Shown here piece after piece: positions 35,701 to 47,800 of a DNA stretch of 64,000 nucleotides; the stretch's first letter is position 1, and every line of letters starts with the position of its first letter. The position numbers and the translations under genes are program-made. Origin of the DNA: Heteronotia binoei (taxonomy: Eukaryota); NCBI RefSeq assembly GCF_032191835.1, contig NC_083237.1, positions 29,698,001 through 29,762,000 on the forward strand. Direction: 5' to 3'. Under the pieces are notes generated by a model. That model did no database searches, was not told the origin of the DNA, and was given only the letters and a program-made list of their open reading frames with translations.

Positions 35701-38025
35701 CAGTGCATGGCAGGAAAGCTGCATGTATTTTGGTGAGTTAAGTTGTAAAGAGATTTCAATTATGAGAAACAAAGGTTGTAAAATTATGACCTATTTTACA
35801 GATAACTGGTTTATGGAGACTCCTGTTTTTGTGTTGTTTTTTTAAGGAAGGAAATAAGGTCTAGTGCCAGAGGTCTAAAAAAAAAAGGTTATGTGGCACT
35901 TCAAAGGTAAAACTGATGTGATTATCTGACCCATCCACGGGGAGGGGGGGCAGCGGTCCAACCGTCTCCTGCTGGTGACCAGGGAGATCACAACAAAAGG
36001 GGAGTATAGGTAAAGGGTGCTAAATTCTAAATTCTGACTTTCCACTTTCCCACCTGCCCACTTATCTCCTTACGTGAGCTCCAGTGTTCAAAGTGAAACT
36101 GGATAAAAAGACCAGCACCCTCTTTGTACATGATGGTTTAAATGCACAGTTTGCCACTTATTGCAGCATGACTTGGGGACATTGGTCATTGTGCCATGTT
36201 TGGGCTTGTCATGATGAAGATCCAGAGCATTCTCTGGATCCAGAACATGGAAGCTCCATTTAACCACCATGAAATAACAGCTATCACAGAACTTGTGTTT
36301 TGTGACAGACCTATCCAAAAACAGACTGCAAAAGAAATTCTACGGCACAGCAGTATTTTTCACTACCATAACTCAGTGGTGACCTGTAGCTCTATGAAAG
36401 CAGCAGCATCAGAGAAGAGAGATTCAGGGGCAGCACTGCTACAAAGAATAGCCAATATGAGTATCTGTCAGTCTCTTCCAGCCTCTGCTCTCCAATGCAT
36501 ACTATATATGAACAAGGGGATGCATTGATACAGGCAAATTTAAGATTATGGGGAGAAAGATCAAAGCTACAGGAACTCTATTTACCTCCTGTGGTTTGTA
36601 AGAAGCACTCAGAAATCCAGCGTATTTTTCCCTGAGGAAACGTCCCAGTGCTTTCTGTTGTAAGATACCTAACTGTAGTTGGGAAAGGGAGAAAAGGAGG
36701 ACAAGAAAAAAGGAGATGTAAATCCAGACATAGATGCACCACTTATCAGCACAGGAGGCCTGTTGTAGCCCAATGCCAAGATGGGAATCTGCCTAACATT
36801 TGGGGGGAGGCATAGATCATATTCACTCTCTCACATATACCAGTGGGGATGCACACAAAATTCAACTCGCTCTAGGTTCTACCTCAGTGAGTTGCTGGAA
36901 GCCTTGAGGCCAGGCTGCTGCTTTGTGGGGATCTGTGGGGTAGGTGCCCAAAGGGGATCGGTCACCATGGCGATAAACCTGAGGAGGAAGGAAAAGTGTG
37001 TGGGGAAATCACAGTATATAGAAAATCCAACACCTACTGAGGAAACAACAGCTTCTTAGATTCTAACCTACAAGACCAGTCAGACTAGACCAAAAATTTT
37101 CACCTCTGAAATGGGACCCTTGATTGTTTTCCTTGATGTAATATGTCCTCCTGTTTCCTTCTCTCTTTTCACTCCACCCCTGCCCCAACACACACACACA
37201 ATAGATGGCTGTGACCCTACTAGGGGGAAATTCAATCTTATATAGCTGCTTTGTAATAAATTTTCATTCAAACTGACTTTTGGTGGTCTGGGATACAGAA
37301 GAATGGGGTAGAATAATTACTGTGGGATACCACACCCCTTACTTAATCATTGAGATGGTGAAGACAATCCAGTCAATCAATTGGGATCCAGTGTGCAGCG
37401 TATACAGAGACACACTGGGCCCTCTCTTAGGACCCTTGGCAATATATTGGCCCTCTCATTTTCCTGCTGATCATCATGTTGATAATTTCTCTGTATGGAG
37501 CTTACCAGTACCCTAGGTAGAGATGCTAGCCTCCTGATGGGGTCTGAATTACAGGTCATTTCCAAACTACAGAGAAAATGGATGCTTTGGAGGGTGGACT
37601 CTGGCATTGTACCACACTGAGGTCCCTGTCCTCAGGCTCCACCCCCAAATCTCCAGGAGTTTCCCAGCCAGAAGCTGACAACCCTCCCCCCCATCCCCCA
37701 CCAGTGGCCAGGGGAGACCTGGGAACCCTAACCTTAGGCCTTCACTCATGTTTAAAATCATCCAGGAACCCTGGCTCAGCATCTTTCCTTCAGTAGTCCA
37801 TTCACAACTCCACAGAGTCCTTCCAAGGAACAAAAGAAACCCTTGTACACTGAGGTATTACGCCCTTCTCCATTCCCAGAGAACCCAAGCATTCTAGCCC
37901 CAGGCATCACCCCGCAGTCTGGGTACCAAGGTAACGAAGCGAAGAGTCCTTTCCTGGCCTGCTGTAGGAGCAAGAACGTTCTGGAGGAGAATCATCAGGG
38001 GGCCCAAAGTTATAGACAGCCTCAT
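26660..38025 (-). CDS. ACP4: Testicular acid phosphatase (ACP4/ACPT-type histidine acid phosphatase), 11 coding exons, 397 aa
   Basis: Exons 37927-38025, 36883-36978, 36586-36672, 34448-34585, 33125-33223, 32022-32117, 31806-31938, 30010-30092, 28036-28142, 26970-27139, 26660-26745 sum to 1194 nt, all GT-AG and in frame. Signal peptide, [20 protein letters not shown]-terminal TM. SNORD88 neighbourhood matches human ACP4. Confidence 0.9.
26970..27139 (-). CDS. ACP4: ACP4 exon 10
   Basis: [56 protein letters not shown]. Confidence 0.93.
28036..28142 (-). CDS. ACP4: ACP4 exon 9 (catalytic HD)
   Basis: [35 protein letters not shown]. Confidence 0.95.
28297..28565 (+). mobile_element. tRNA-derived SINE with L2-type tail
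   Basis: ggagagccagtttggtg...gtggttaag head with A/B-box-like motifs; tail ...gggtggggtaaaaat resembles the L2 3' end; related copies at 8330-8512 (-), 10390-10670 (-), 28815-29030 (-), 29580-29720 and 52585-52760. Confidence 0.75.
29153..29229. repeat. 77-nt near-perfect inverted repeat
   Basis: 35-bp arms 29153-29187 and 29195-29229 with one mismatch; 7-nt A/T loop. Confidence 0.9.
30010..30092 (-). CDS. ACP4: ACP4 exon 8
   Basis: [28 protein letters not shown], 83 nt. Confidence 0.93.
31806..31938 (-). CDS. ACP4: ACP4 exon 7
   Basis: [44 protein letters not shown], 133 nt. Confidence 0.92.
32022..32117 (-). CDS. ACP4: ACP4 exon 6
   Basis: [32 protein letters not shown]. Confidence 0.92.
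33125..33223 (-). CDS. ACP4: ACP4 exon 5
   Basis: [33 protein letters not shown], 99 nt. Confidence 0.9.
34448..34585 (-). CDS. ACP4: ACP4 exon 4
   Basis: [46 protein letters not shown]. Confidence 0.95.
36586..36672 (-). CDS. ACP4: ACP4 exon 3
   Basis: [29 protein letters not shown], 87 nt. Confidence 0.92.
36883..36978 (-). CDS. ACP4: ACP4 exon 2 (catalytic RHG)
   Basis: [32 protein letters not shown]. Confidence 0.95.
37927..38025 (-). CDS. ACP4: ACP4 exon 1 (signal peptide)
   Basis: [33 protein letters not shown]; Kozak accATG; donor GTACCC. Confidence 0.85.
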
Positions 38026-38089
38026 GGTGATGAAAAAGCTGCACCATCTGGATGCAAGTTCTTTGAGGGCTGGCAGACAAACTCTTTCG

Positions 38090-38096
38090 TTATATA
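38090..38096 (-). promoter_or_regulatory. ACP4 TATA box
   Basis: TATATAA on the minus strand about 65 nt upstream of the ATG. Confidence 0.6.
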
Positions 38097-38439
38097 GGCC
38101 CCTTCTCAGACCCTATAATCAACCCTCATTTTCCTTTGCTGACAGGTCAGATTTAAAAAGCGCCACCACAAAAGAAGTGTGCAAAGAGGGAGAAGGAACG
38201 GCACCTCCCCACACATTACTTTCCCTGATTACAAGGTCCAACCAAGACATTACGTCTCACAGGTTTGATCTGCAGAGCATAGAGGTTGCCATGCTGTTTT
38301 TTGTCCCTGGCTGAATCCCGACATCTTTAGCTGCAATATGACTGGCAGAAATTCAGCAGGCGTATTTCCTCCCACCCCCAGCATTTAGATGCAGTGATAG
38401 GGAGCTTCGCCTGATGAGTTTCATATATTTCTATGTAGA

Positions 38440-38820
38440 TAGATCCAAGAGGGCAGCCGTGTTGGTCTGAAGCAATTGATCAAAGCAGGAGTCAAGTAGC
38501 ACCTTTAAGACCAACCAAGTTTTATTCAGAACGTAAGCTTCCGTGTGCTCGCTAAGCACACTTCATGAGATGAGGGGATCAGGTATTGTGGGCTGAAATA
38601 CATGCAGTTTGTTGTTTAAGAATGCAGACTGGCTGTGGTCATGGGATAAAACAGTGTGGCTTGGGCATTTTGTCTGCATAGCCATAAAAGGTAATAAAGT
38701 TCCCTGCCAATTGGTGTTTTTGCAAATCTGATGAAGTGTGCTTAGAGACCACATGAAAGCTTACATTCTGAATAAAACTTGGTTGGTCTTTAAGGTGCAA
38801 CTTGACTCCTCCTTTGTTCA
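38440..38820. mobile_element. Inverted pair of Penelope-like terminal relics
   Basis: Minus copy about 38440-38575 and plus copy 38728-38820 share tctgaataaaacttggttggtctt and the hammerhead-like core. Confidence 0.6.
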
Positions 38821-39892
38821 TATATTTTAATGCCCTGTTTTCTCGTACCTCTCTGTGTTAATACATCAGTCTCTTTTGGAGGAGACATATAACACTGAAC
38901 TCAGTGGAGTAAATCTATCATTACTCAGCCTCTACATCCCGACATTTCATAGAGGAAACAGGGATAATCTTTGTTAAACCCTGAGCCCATTAGGGGACGG
39001 TGGGATATAAATTTGATAAATAAATAAAATGAAACAAATCTTTATTTTCATTCCAAGAACTCCTGCTACCTTACCTTCCCCTTCACAGAACTTATTGCTG
39101 GTTGTATGCTTTAACTCTAAAGTCTCCAGGTGTTTTCCAACACAGACCTGGCAACCCTAAACACAAAGCAATTTACAATACTGTTCTGCCCTCCTTGCTT
39201 TTGTCTTCACAAAAAGCCTGTGAGGAAGGGTTGACTGAGAGTGTGACTGGCCCAAGGCCTCCCAGCAAGGTTTATCATGGTGGAGTGAGGATTCAAACCT
39301 TTCTCCCGGATCCTTATATGGCACTGTAGCTCATATGTGTACTGCATGGTACCTAAATGTTGATGATATGTTGCACTGAGAACAGAACCAGAAGATCATT
39401 ATCATGTAAGGTTGCCAGATCCAGGTTGGGAAATTCCTGGAGATTTAAGGATGGAGCTTGGGACCTCAGTGGTATACAATGCCATAGAGTACTCCCCCCT
39501 TAAAGTGTCCATGTTCTCCAGAGGAACTGATCTCTGGAGATGAGCTGTAATTCCAGGAGATTCCCAGGTCTCACTTGGAGGCTGGCATCCTTGTTTATCA
39601 TTGCAAAGAGTACACTGAACCCTTCACAGGCTCTCATGACTGGATACATCTTGTCTCAAAGGCTTCATTATATGTATTAATATGACAGTGATCTTCTGGT
39701 TTTGTCCCCAATACATGTATAATATTTATATGAATGATCAGGGCTTTTTCTTTAAGGTTTAAGGTTTTTGTAGAAAAAGTCCAGCAGGAGCTCCCCCATG
39801 CCTTCCTCAGTGAGCAGGCTGAGGAAAGCTGAAGCCATTGGGGAGGCATTTAAAGATGCCCCGCTGTGCTTTCCCTAGCATGCCAGCTGGAA

Positions 39893-40075
39893 GGGACTTT
39901 TTTGTAGAAAAAGCCCAGCAGGAACTAATTTGCATATTAGGCCAGACCCCATGACATCACCATTGTTTCACATTGGGCTTTTTTGTAGAAAAACCTCAGG
40001 GGGAACTAATTTGCATATTAGGCCGCACCCCCTGATGCCAAGTCAGCTGGAATTGTGTTCCTGTGTGTTCCTTGG
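39893..40075. mobile_element. MITE-like repeat (agggcttttttt...aaaaaaagccct family), internally duplicated
   Basis: Two units of gtagaaaaa...ggaactaatttgcatattaggcc; copies at about 21340-21500, 50570-50660, 54595-54722, 55705-55816 and 62155-62340. Confidence 0.55.
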
Positions 40076-40889
40076 TCCAATTCTATGAGAGGACCTCCAA
40101 ACTGGGGGATCCCCTGCCCCCATCTGGGGATCGGCAACCCTATCAGGCGGAGTTCTGCTCCTGTCCCCCAAAAGTCCTGTGAATTATCATTAGAGGTAAC
40201 AGCTCCCTTGCTCAGGCTGCAGAGCCCTTGGAGAGAGAGTTGAACTCTGAAAAGTGATTGCCCTAACAATTTATGATATAAAAATGTTAAGATTTCCCCA
40301 AAAGCATAAAATTAAAGACAGAACAGAGGCACTGGTTAACCAGGGATAAAAATAAGCTGGAGTCTTGTAGCAACTTGAAGACTTAACAAAATTTTATTCT
40401 AGTAAACACTTTCATGGACCCACTTCTTCATACGCAGTGAATGGATCATCACCTTTTTACATAGGAGGTATAAAAAAAAGGATAGCATATTTTCTAATAA
40501 AGCAGCATTAATTTACAGAACTCAGGGCCATCGACCAGAAACTGTATGTCTTCTTTTCTTTCATATGTATCCATTGAGGGATGTGAAACTGTGCTTGTGG
40601 GGACACTGACAGCGCTTGCTGAAACCTCAGAAACCAGAGAAATTGCTGAATAAGATGGAGGATGGAGTATAAATTATTACCCCCAAGATTAGCAAAACAG
40701 GAGGAGCAGCTGCAGAAGCAGAGTATGTGGCTTGCAAGCGGAAACTCCCCCCTGGCATCTCCAGTTAAAGGGTCTCAAGTTAACAACTGCTGGGAGAGAT
40801 CTTGATGTACCTGAGATCCTGGCTGCCAGTCAGATGAGAAAGACTGGACTGGATGCACCAAAGATTTGATACATCTAAATGATTTCACT

Positions 40890-43812
40890 CTCTCTCTCGG
40901 CTTGACCTCGCGAACGAAGATTCAAGAAAGGTGCAGCAGTCCACGTCCGCTGCAGGCTCGCTGGTGGCTGACAAGACCAATGCGGGACAGGCAGGTCCGG
41001 CCACAGTGGCTGCAGGGAAAAGTCTGATTTGGGGTTGGTGCTGTAGCAGTACGATTCTTCCTCAATCTCCTTTTTTCCTCAAGACCAGCTATGCGTGCGT
41101 TCTCAAAGGAAGAGACAGCCTGGTGGATGGTGTGCCTCCATGCTTTGCGATCTGAGGCTAGGCCAGACCACTGGTGATGGTTAATGCAACAGGTACCAAG
41201 GGATTTCTTCAAGGAGTCCTTGTACCTCTTCTTTGGTGCCCCTCTATTTCGATGGCCGGTGGAAAGTTCGCCATACAGAGCAATCTTGGGAAGGCGCTGG
41301 TTTTCCATCCTGGAGATATGCCCTGCCCAGCACAGCTGTGCCTTCAACAGCAATGCCTCAATGCGTGTAAGCTCCGCCCACTTGAGGACTTCAGTGTTGG
41401 TCACAAAGTCACTCCAGTGGATGCTGAGGATGGTGCGAAGGCAGCGCTGATGAAAGCGCTCAAGGAGTCGCAGGTGATGACGGTATAAAACCCACAATTC
41501 GGAGCCGTAGATGAGGGTTGTCATCACAACCGCTTTGTAAACATTGATCTTTGTGCTTTTTTTTCAGATGCTTGTTGCTCCACACTCTTTTATGCAGTCG
41601 GCCAAATGCACGGTTTGCCTTTGCCAGTCTATTGTCAATCTCCTTGTCGATCTTGGCGTCTGAGGAGATGATGCACCCCAGGTAGCTGAACTGCTGGACT
41701 GTCTTCAAAACTGATTCACCCACAGTGATGCAAGGAGGGTTATAATCTTCCTGGGGTGCAGGCTGGTGGAGAACTTCTGTCTTCTTCAGACTAACTTCTA
41801 GGCTGAATAGCTTGGCAGCCTCTGCAAAGTAGGACGCCATATGCTGCAGAGCTGATACCGAGTGGGAGACAAGTGCAGCATCATCAGCAAACAGTAGCTC
41901 TCGGATAAGTATTTCCATTGTCTTGGAATGGGCCTTTAGTCTCCTCAGGTTGAACAGGCTGCCATCGGTGCGATAGCAGATGTAGACACCATTGTCATCA
42001 TCTAGATCTACTGCGGCTCTTTGAAGCATCATGCTAAAGAAGATCGTAAAGAGAGTTGGCGTGAGAACACGGCCTTGCTTTACACCTGTGCCTATTGGGA
42101 AGGGCTCCGAGAGATCATTGCAGTGTCTGACTTGGCCTCGCTGGTCTTCATATAGCTGGATGACCATACTGAGGAACTTTGGGGGACATCCTAAACGTTC
42201 CAAGATTTGCCACAGGCCGTTTTTGCTAACGGTATCAAAAGCTTTGGTAAGGTCGACAAAAGTCGCATATAGACCCTTGTTCTGTTCCCTGCATTTCTCT
42301 TGGAGCTGCCTGAGAACAAATACCATGTCGGTGGTGCTCCTGTTAGCTCTGAAGCCACACTGGCTCTCTGGGAGGAGTTCTTCTGCAATGGTGGGCACCA
42401 GTCTGTTCAGGAGTATTCTAGCAAGGATATTGCCTGCGATGGAGAGCAGGGTTATCCCCCGGTAGTTGGAGCAGTCTGACTTTTCCCCTTTGTTCTTATG
42501 TAGAGTAATGATGATTGCATCACGAAAGTCCTGTGGTAGTTTGCCTTGTTCCCAGCAGGTGACAAGTACTTTGTGAAGTGTGCTATGTAGTACTATGCCC
42601 CTATGCTTCCAGATCTCTGGTGGGATTCCATCAACTCCCGCTGCCTTGCCACTTTTCAGTTGCCTGATGGCTTTAACAGTCACTTCTAGGGTGGGAATCT
42701 CATCCAACTCTGTTTTCACTGGTTAAAGTGGGGTGAGGTGGATTGCTGAATCTTGAACTACGCGATTGGCACTGAAGAGAACCTGAAAATACTCCGACCA
42801 CCGGTTCAGTATGGATGCCTTGTCTGTGAGGAGCACTTGGCCATCTGCACTACCAAGGGACTCTGAGCCTGATATGATGGACCATAAACTGCCTTCAGGG
42901 CTTTGTAGAACCCTCTTAAATCACCAGTGTCTGCGCACAGCTGGGTTCTCTCTGCAAGCTTGGTCCACCACTCGTTCTGAATGTCTCGAAGCTTGCGCTA
43001 GAGGCCTGCTTGTGTGGGGAGGGCGGGATACAAATAAATTTTTTTTTAAAAAAAGGTTGCTACATACAGCGCGAAAGGTTGCTTTTTTCTCGGGACAGGA
43101 GGGCTGAGCAAGATGTGCTTGGTAGGCAGGTCTCTTTTTTGCCAGTAATTCTTGGATCTCTTGATTGTTCTCGTCAAACCAGTCCTTGTTCTTCCTTATG
43201 GAGAACCTGAGGACTTCTTCAGAGGTCAACAGGATGGTAGTTTTTAGGTGTTCCCAGAGTGCTTCTGGAGAAGGATCTGTGAGGCAACTGGGGTCCTCAA
43301 TTCTTGTCTGGAGTTTTGCCTGGAAGGCAGCTTTAACTTCGGCTGACTGAAGGCTGCCAACCTGAAACTTCCTCCAGGGGATACCGCCTCTCCTGGGTGT
43401 AGATTTAAAGTGAAGACGGAGATTGCCGCGTATAAGACGATGATCCGTATGACATTCTGCACTGGGCATTACTCGGGTGTGTAAGACATCTCGAAGGTCT
43501 CTCTGGCGCACCAGAGTGTAGTCAATAAGGTGCCTATGCTTGGACCGTGGGTGCATCCAGGTTGTCTTCAAACTGTTCTTCTGCTGGAAGATAGTGATGG
43601 TAATGGTGAGCTGGTGCTCCTTGCAGAATTCTAGCAGGAGGCGCCCGTTATCATTGCAGTTGCCAATGCCGTGTTTGCCAAGTACTCCTTTCCAGGCTTC
43701 TGAGTCTTTACCTACTCTGGCATTGAAGTCACCAGGGATGATCACCTTGTAATGTAGATCAGCATAGAACTTGTTCTTTTCTGCAGGATCTGCTTGAAGA
43801 GTTGGGGCATAC
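40890..43812 (-). mobile_element. RTE-clade LINE, 5'-truncated, frameshifted ORF
   Basis: APE (GDFNARVG, IDY, TDH), RT (FADD) and C2H2 finger over ORFs 42921-43814, 41460-42719 and 40922-41527; (GA)n tail; 19-bp TSD ACATCTAAATGA(T/G)TTCACT at 40871-40889 and 43813-43831. Confidence 0.93.
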
Positions 43813-44479
43813 ACATCTAAATGAGTTCACTAAATGGTACAAAACTTTAGAGCAAAAGTGCAGTCTTAAACAGAGTAGCACAATTTTAAGCCCACTGATC
43901 TAGAAGGGCATAACTCTGCTTTAGAACTGCACTGGCTGTTATGCCAAGCAAGCAAGCTTCTTGAACAGAAGAAATGAATCTTGTAAGTTAGAAATGAATC
44001 TTGAGAGACTGACAGGTCCAAGGTCACACAGCAAGGATTTAAATCTCCTGGGTCCAGCACTTTAACCATTGCAGAAAAACAGCTCAAAGACTAACACATA
44101 GGGTTGTTTGGACTCCCCCAGCTAATCAGCTAGGGATGGGGAGATAGGGTTGCCAGATCCAGATTGGGAAACTCCTGGAGATTTGGGGATGGAGCTTGGA
44201 GACGACAAGGACCTCAGGGAGATACAATACCACAGAGTCCACCCTCAGGGGATCCATTTTCTTCAGACAAACTGATTTTTGTAGCCTGAAGATGAGCTGT
44301 AATTCCAGGGGATCCCCAGGTCCCACCTGGAGGCTGGCATCTCTATGTAACACATAGGTTGGATCCATCCAACTTTTCCACTCGTTAAAAACAAACGAGG
44401 GAGTCCCATTTGGCCACTATGCTGCTAGTCATGGGCCTGCATGAACAAAAAACGTGTGCACTGAAGAGTGTCCTAAAGG

Positions 44480-44487
44480 GAGGAAGT
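44480..44487 (+). promoter_or_regulatory. PU.1/ETS-type site upstream of the I-domain gene
   Basis: GAGGAAGT about 270 nt upstream of the ATG at 44760; a single motif, weak on its own. Confidence 0.35.
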
Positions 44488-44759
44488 GGACAACACTTAG
44501 CAAAACAGCTGGCTGGATCCAATGCACTGTATGTGGACATACAGAGAAAGAGAGTAAACCCTTCCCTCCTCCCACTTTCTTTGCTGCAAATATTTGCACA
44601 CCAAAGAGCGGCTGCTGTCCCAAAAAGTGAGGCATCCTCTTTGCCTCCCACCTTTCCACTCAGTGCCCTTCTGACTTCTGACCCCACTCAGAGGCACTCT
44701 TTGCCCTGTTGCACCAACTCCAGCGTTCAGACAGTGAAAAGGTGATTTAGAGACAAGCC

Positions 44760-44811
44760 ATGGGAGCATTTGGAGTCTTTGTCGTCACCCTCCTCTTCTT
44801 TGGAGCAGCAG
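44760..44811 (+). CDS. I-domain gene exon 1 (signal peptide)
   Basis: MGAFGVFVVTLLFFGAA, phase-1 donor GTAGGC. Confidence 0.75.
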
Positions 44812-47800
44812 GTAGGCAGTGGCTCCCCCATACTGGGAGTTCCCATGCAAGGGGGGATTGAGAAATTAAAAGGGCAAGCTGGCCAGGAGTAAAGAGAATG
44901 AGGGACACCCATTGTCATTGCTACTGGCCAGGTCTGAGCCAAATGGCCTCACCATTGTTATCAGCAAAGCTGGGGTTTGGGCACAACTTGATTCAGGTCA
45001 CCAACAGCCCTCCAGGGCAGGCAACAGGCCACCCAAAACTTTCCTGGTAAGTTAAAGAGCCAGTCTGTCCCTTACCTTGTACCCCTTTCTCTGGGCTGAG
45101 GCAATATCTTCCTGGCCTTCTTAGTGTCTTGATGTTCTCGGCACATTCTCACCCCTTTTTCCTCTCTCACAGAGTCTGTTGATGGTGATTTTGACCTCTG
45201 GGATGCTTTAGATGTGCCAAAAATCCCACAAAGAAACGAGGGAGGACGTAAGCAAAGGGTTTGGGAAAAGATGGATGGAAAGGTGTCAGGCCAAGTGAAA
45301 AGATTTGGGGTGAAAAGGTGTAATAGTGACAAAAGGCACAGGCTGAAAAAACATATGTTGAAAGAAAAGCAGGAAGACGAAATATGATTTGAAAATGCCA
45401 TCTTGCATAGCTATCAATCATTTCAGAAGCACAGTACATTGTATTCAAAACTACCGCTCTGTCATGTATACCAGGCATGTCCAACTTCGAACAGGTCATG
45501 ATCTATTTTTTCCGGACAAAAGTGCTGGTGATTTACCACCATGAAAATTAAGTTTCAAATTAGTTTTGAATTAGATTCTAATCCACCAAAGTTGGGTTCC
45601 ACCGCCCCCCCCATTTACAATGTACCTTCTGTCATTTAAGCAAAATGGTAAGCAAAATAAGCAAAAACAAAACAGAGACGAAGATCCAGAAAAAACTGCG
45701 AACAGTTTTTCTTAAATTTTTATTGTTATAACTTTCTTTAACTGTCTTAATAACTTTCTTTAACTTTTATTGAGTAATTTGTGTTAAATGTAGGTCAAGT
45801 ATTGATCCAGGCTGATCTTGCGCAATCTTTAAAACTTTGCTCTTGCTAATTAGTTAGACGCCTGAGCCTCCAATTCATCCACCAGCTTTTTGAAGTTGGG
45901 TGAATATTGTGTGAGGGCCAGTCTCAGGGAATCCTGGAGATGTTCATCTGTCATGTTGGAACGCTATGTACTCTTTGTCATTTTCAGATGGGAAAATGCA
46001 GATTCACACAAATAAGTTGAACCGAAACAGGAGTGTACAGCTTCACTGCATCTTCTCAAGTTGGGGAATTTGTCTCTAGGCACTAGCTTCCAAAATGATT
46101 CTTGCTCAGCATGGGAAAAATGTCATTTTTAAGGGTTACTATTTCATTTTCAAGAGATGCCTTGTCCACTGAGTAATTTTTACTGATAGCAGCTGCAGTT
46201 TCCTTAATGTCCATATCTGTTTTGAATGGATATGGCAAGTACTCCACAACTTTTTCAGTTCTCTGGAAGTCACAGAATCTTTTTTTTGAATTTCTGGATA
46301 ACAGCAGATTTCTGTCACATACTTCTGAAAAACAAAATTTGGATATTGTCCCAGATGGTCCTGCGTATTACGAAAATGATCAAAAGTGTTGTTTGCAAGG
46401 TCAGTCAACATTAGCTCAAATTTGCTCGTGTAGGATGAAACTGTACTCATCATCATACCAGTGCATTTGTTTTTAATTGTAGTTCAAAGTTCACTTAGTT
46501 CGCCTGTAAAGTCAGCGAGAAATGCCAGATCACATAACCACTCCTCATCTTCCAACTCTGCTTTGTCATCTCCCCTCTCTTTCAAAAACCGTATTTCATT
46601 CAGCAAATCACGAAATCTTTGCAGAAATTTATGCCTACTTAGCCACCTTACATCTGTGTGCAAAATGATTTCCACTGCCCCTTCATCAAGAGTAAGATTG
46701 AAAAGCCATCTTTGAAGTGATCTTCCACGAACTGAATTTACAATTTTGAAAGTGATGTCCATGACAGTCTTTGTATTGAGTCTCTTGCTTGCCAAAACTT
46801 GCTGTTGAATGATGCAGTGGTAAGAAAAGAAATCTGGAAAGTCGTCATGCTGTCTACAGAGGCCTATGAAACCGTTAACCTCACCTGTCATTGCTCTTGC
46901 TCCATCAGTAGTGATGGAAACAAGTTTATGCAATGGAAGATTACGCTTTGTCACAAAAGAATGGAAAAAGCTGAATATTTCCTGACCGGTAGTTCTCCCT
47001 TTTAATTAAATCATTTCAAGTAGTTCTTTTTTGAAGACTTCAAAAACCATCTGGATAAAGACTAGTAACTGGGCTATGCCTCTTATGTCTGTAGACTCAT
47101 CCAGTTGGAGTGAGAAAGCAACACAAACTGAAACATCCTCCAATAATTGTTCAGTTGTGTCTCCACACATCTTTTCTATTCACAACGCGACGGTGTTTCT
47201 TGACAATTGTACATCTTGAAAAGCAGCTATGAGCTCTTTCTTATTCTTAAATTCTTCAAAAAGATTGTCTGCTGCTTCAAGAAAACAATCTTTTACAAAT
47301 TCTCCTTCATTGAAAGATTTGCATTTCTTTGTGATCAGGTTGCTGACCTTGAAGGATGCCATGGTTGCACTGACCGAATGTGACCTTGGCTTCACCATCA
47401 ACTGTTGCTGTGCAGCCAATTTAGATTTAAGTTCTTTGAGCTTCATTTTACGAATTTAATTTTTGGGTGGAAAATCAGCATCAAACTTATTGCTATGCAG
47501 AGCCTTATAATGACGCTCCAGATTACCTTTTTGGGCAAGGATACAGCGGCATTACAAAGTAGACAACAACACTTGTCTTTAACCATGATGAAAAAGCAGT
47601 CCATTTCCCACTCATCATGAAAGTGGTAGGTTTTGCTCTTCTTTGGAACACTCATCTTCATAATACTGGGGTGCTAAGTTAGCACTGGCTGAATCTGGTC
47701 CAAAACTGTCACTGTCCCAAAGTATTAAGGATCAACAGGAACTGAAGACCTCTGGATGATGCCAAAACCACACATGCGGTTCTAAAAGTAAAAATAAGAA

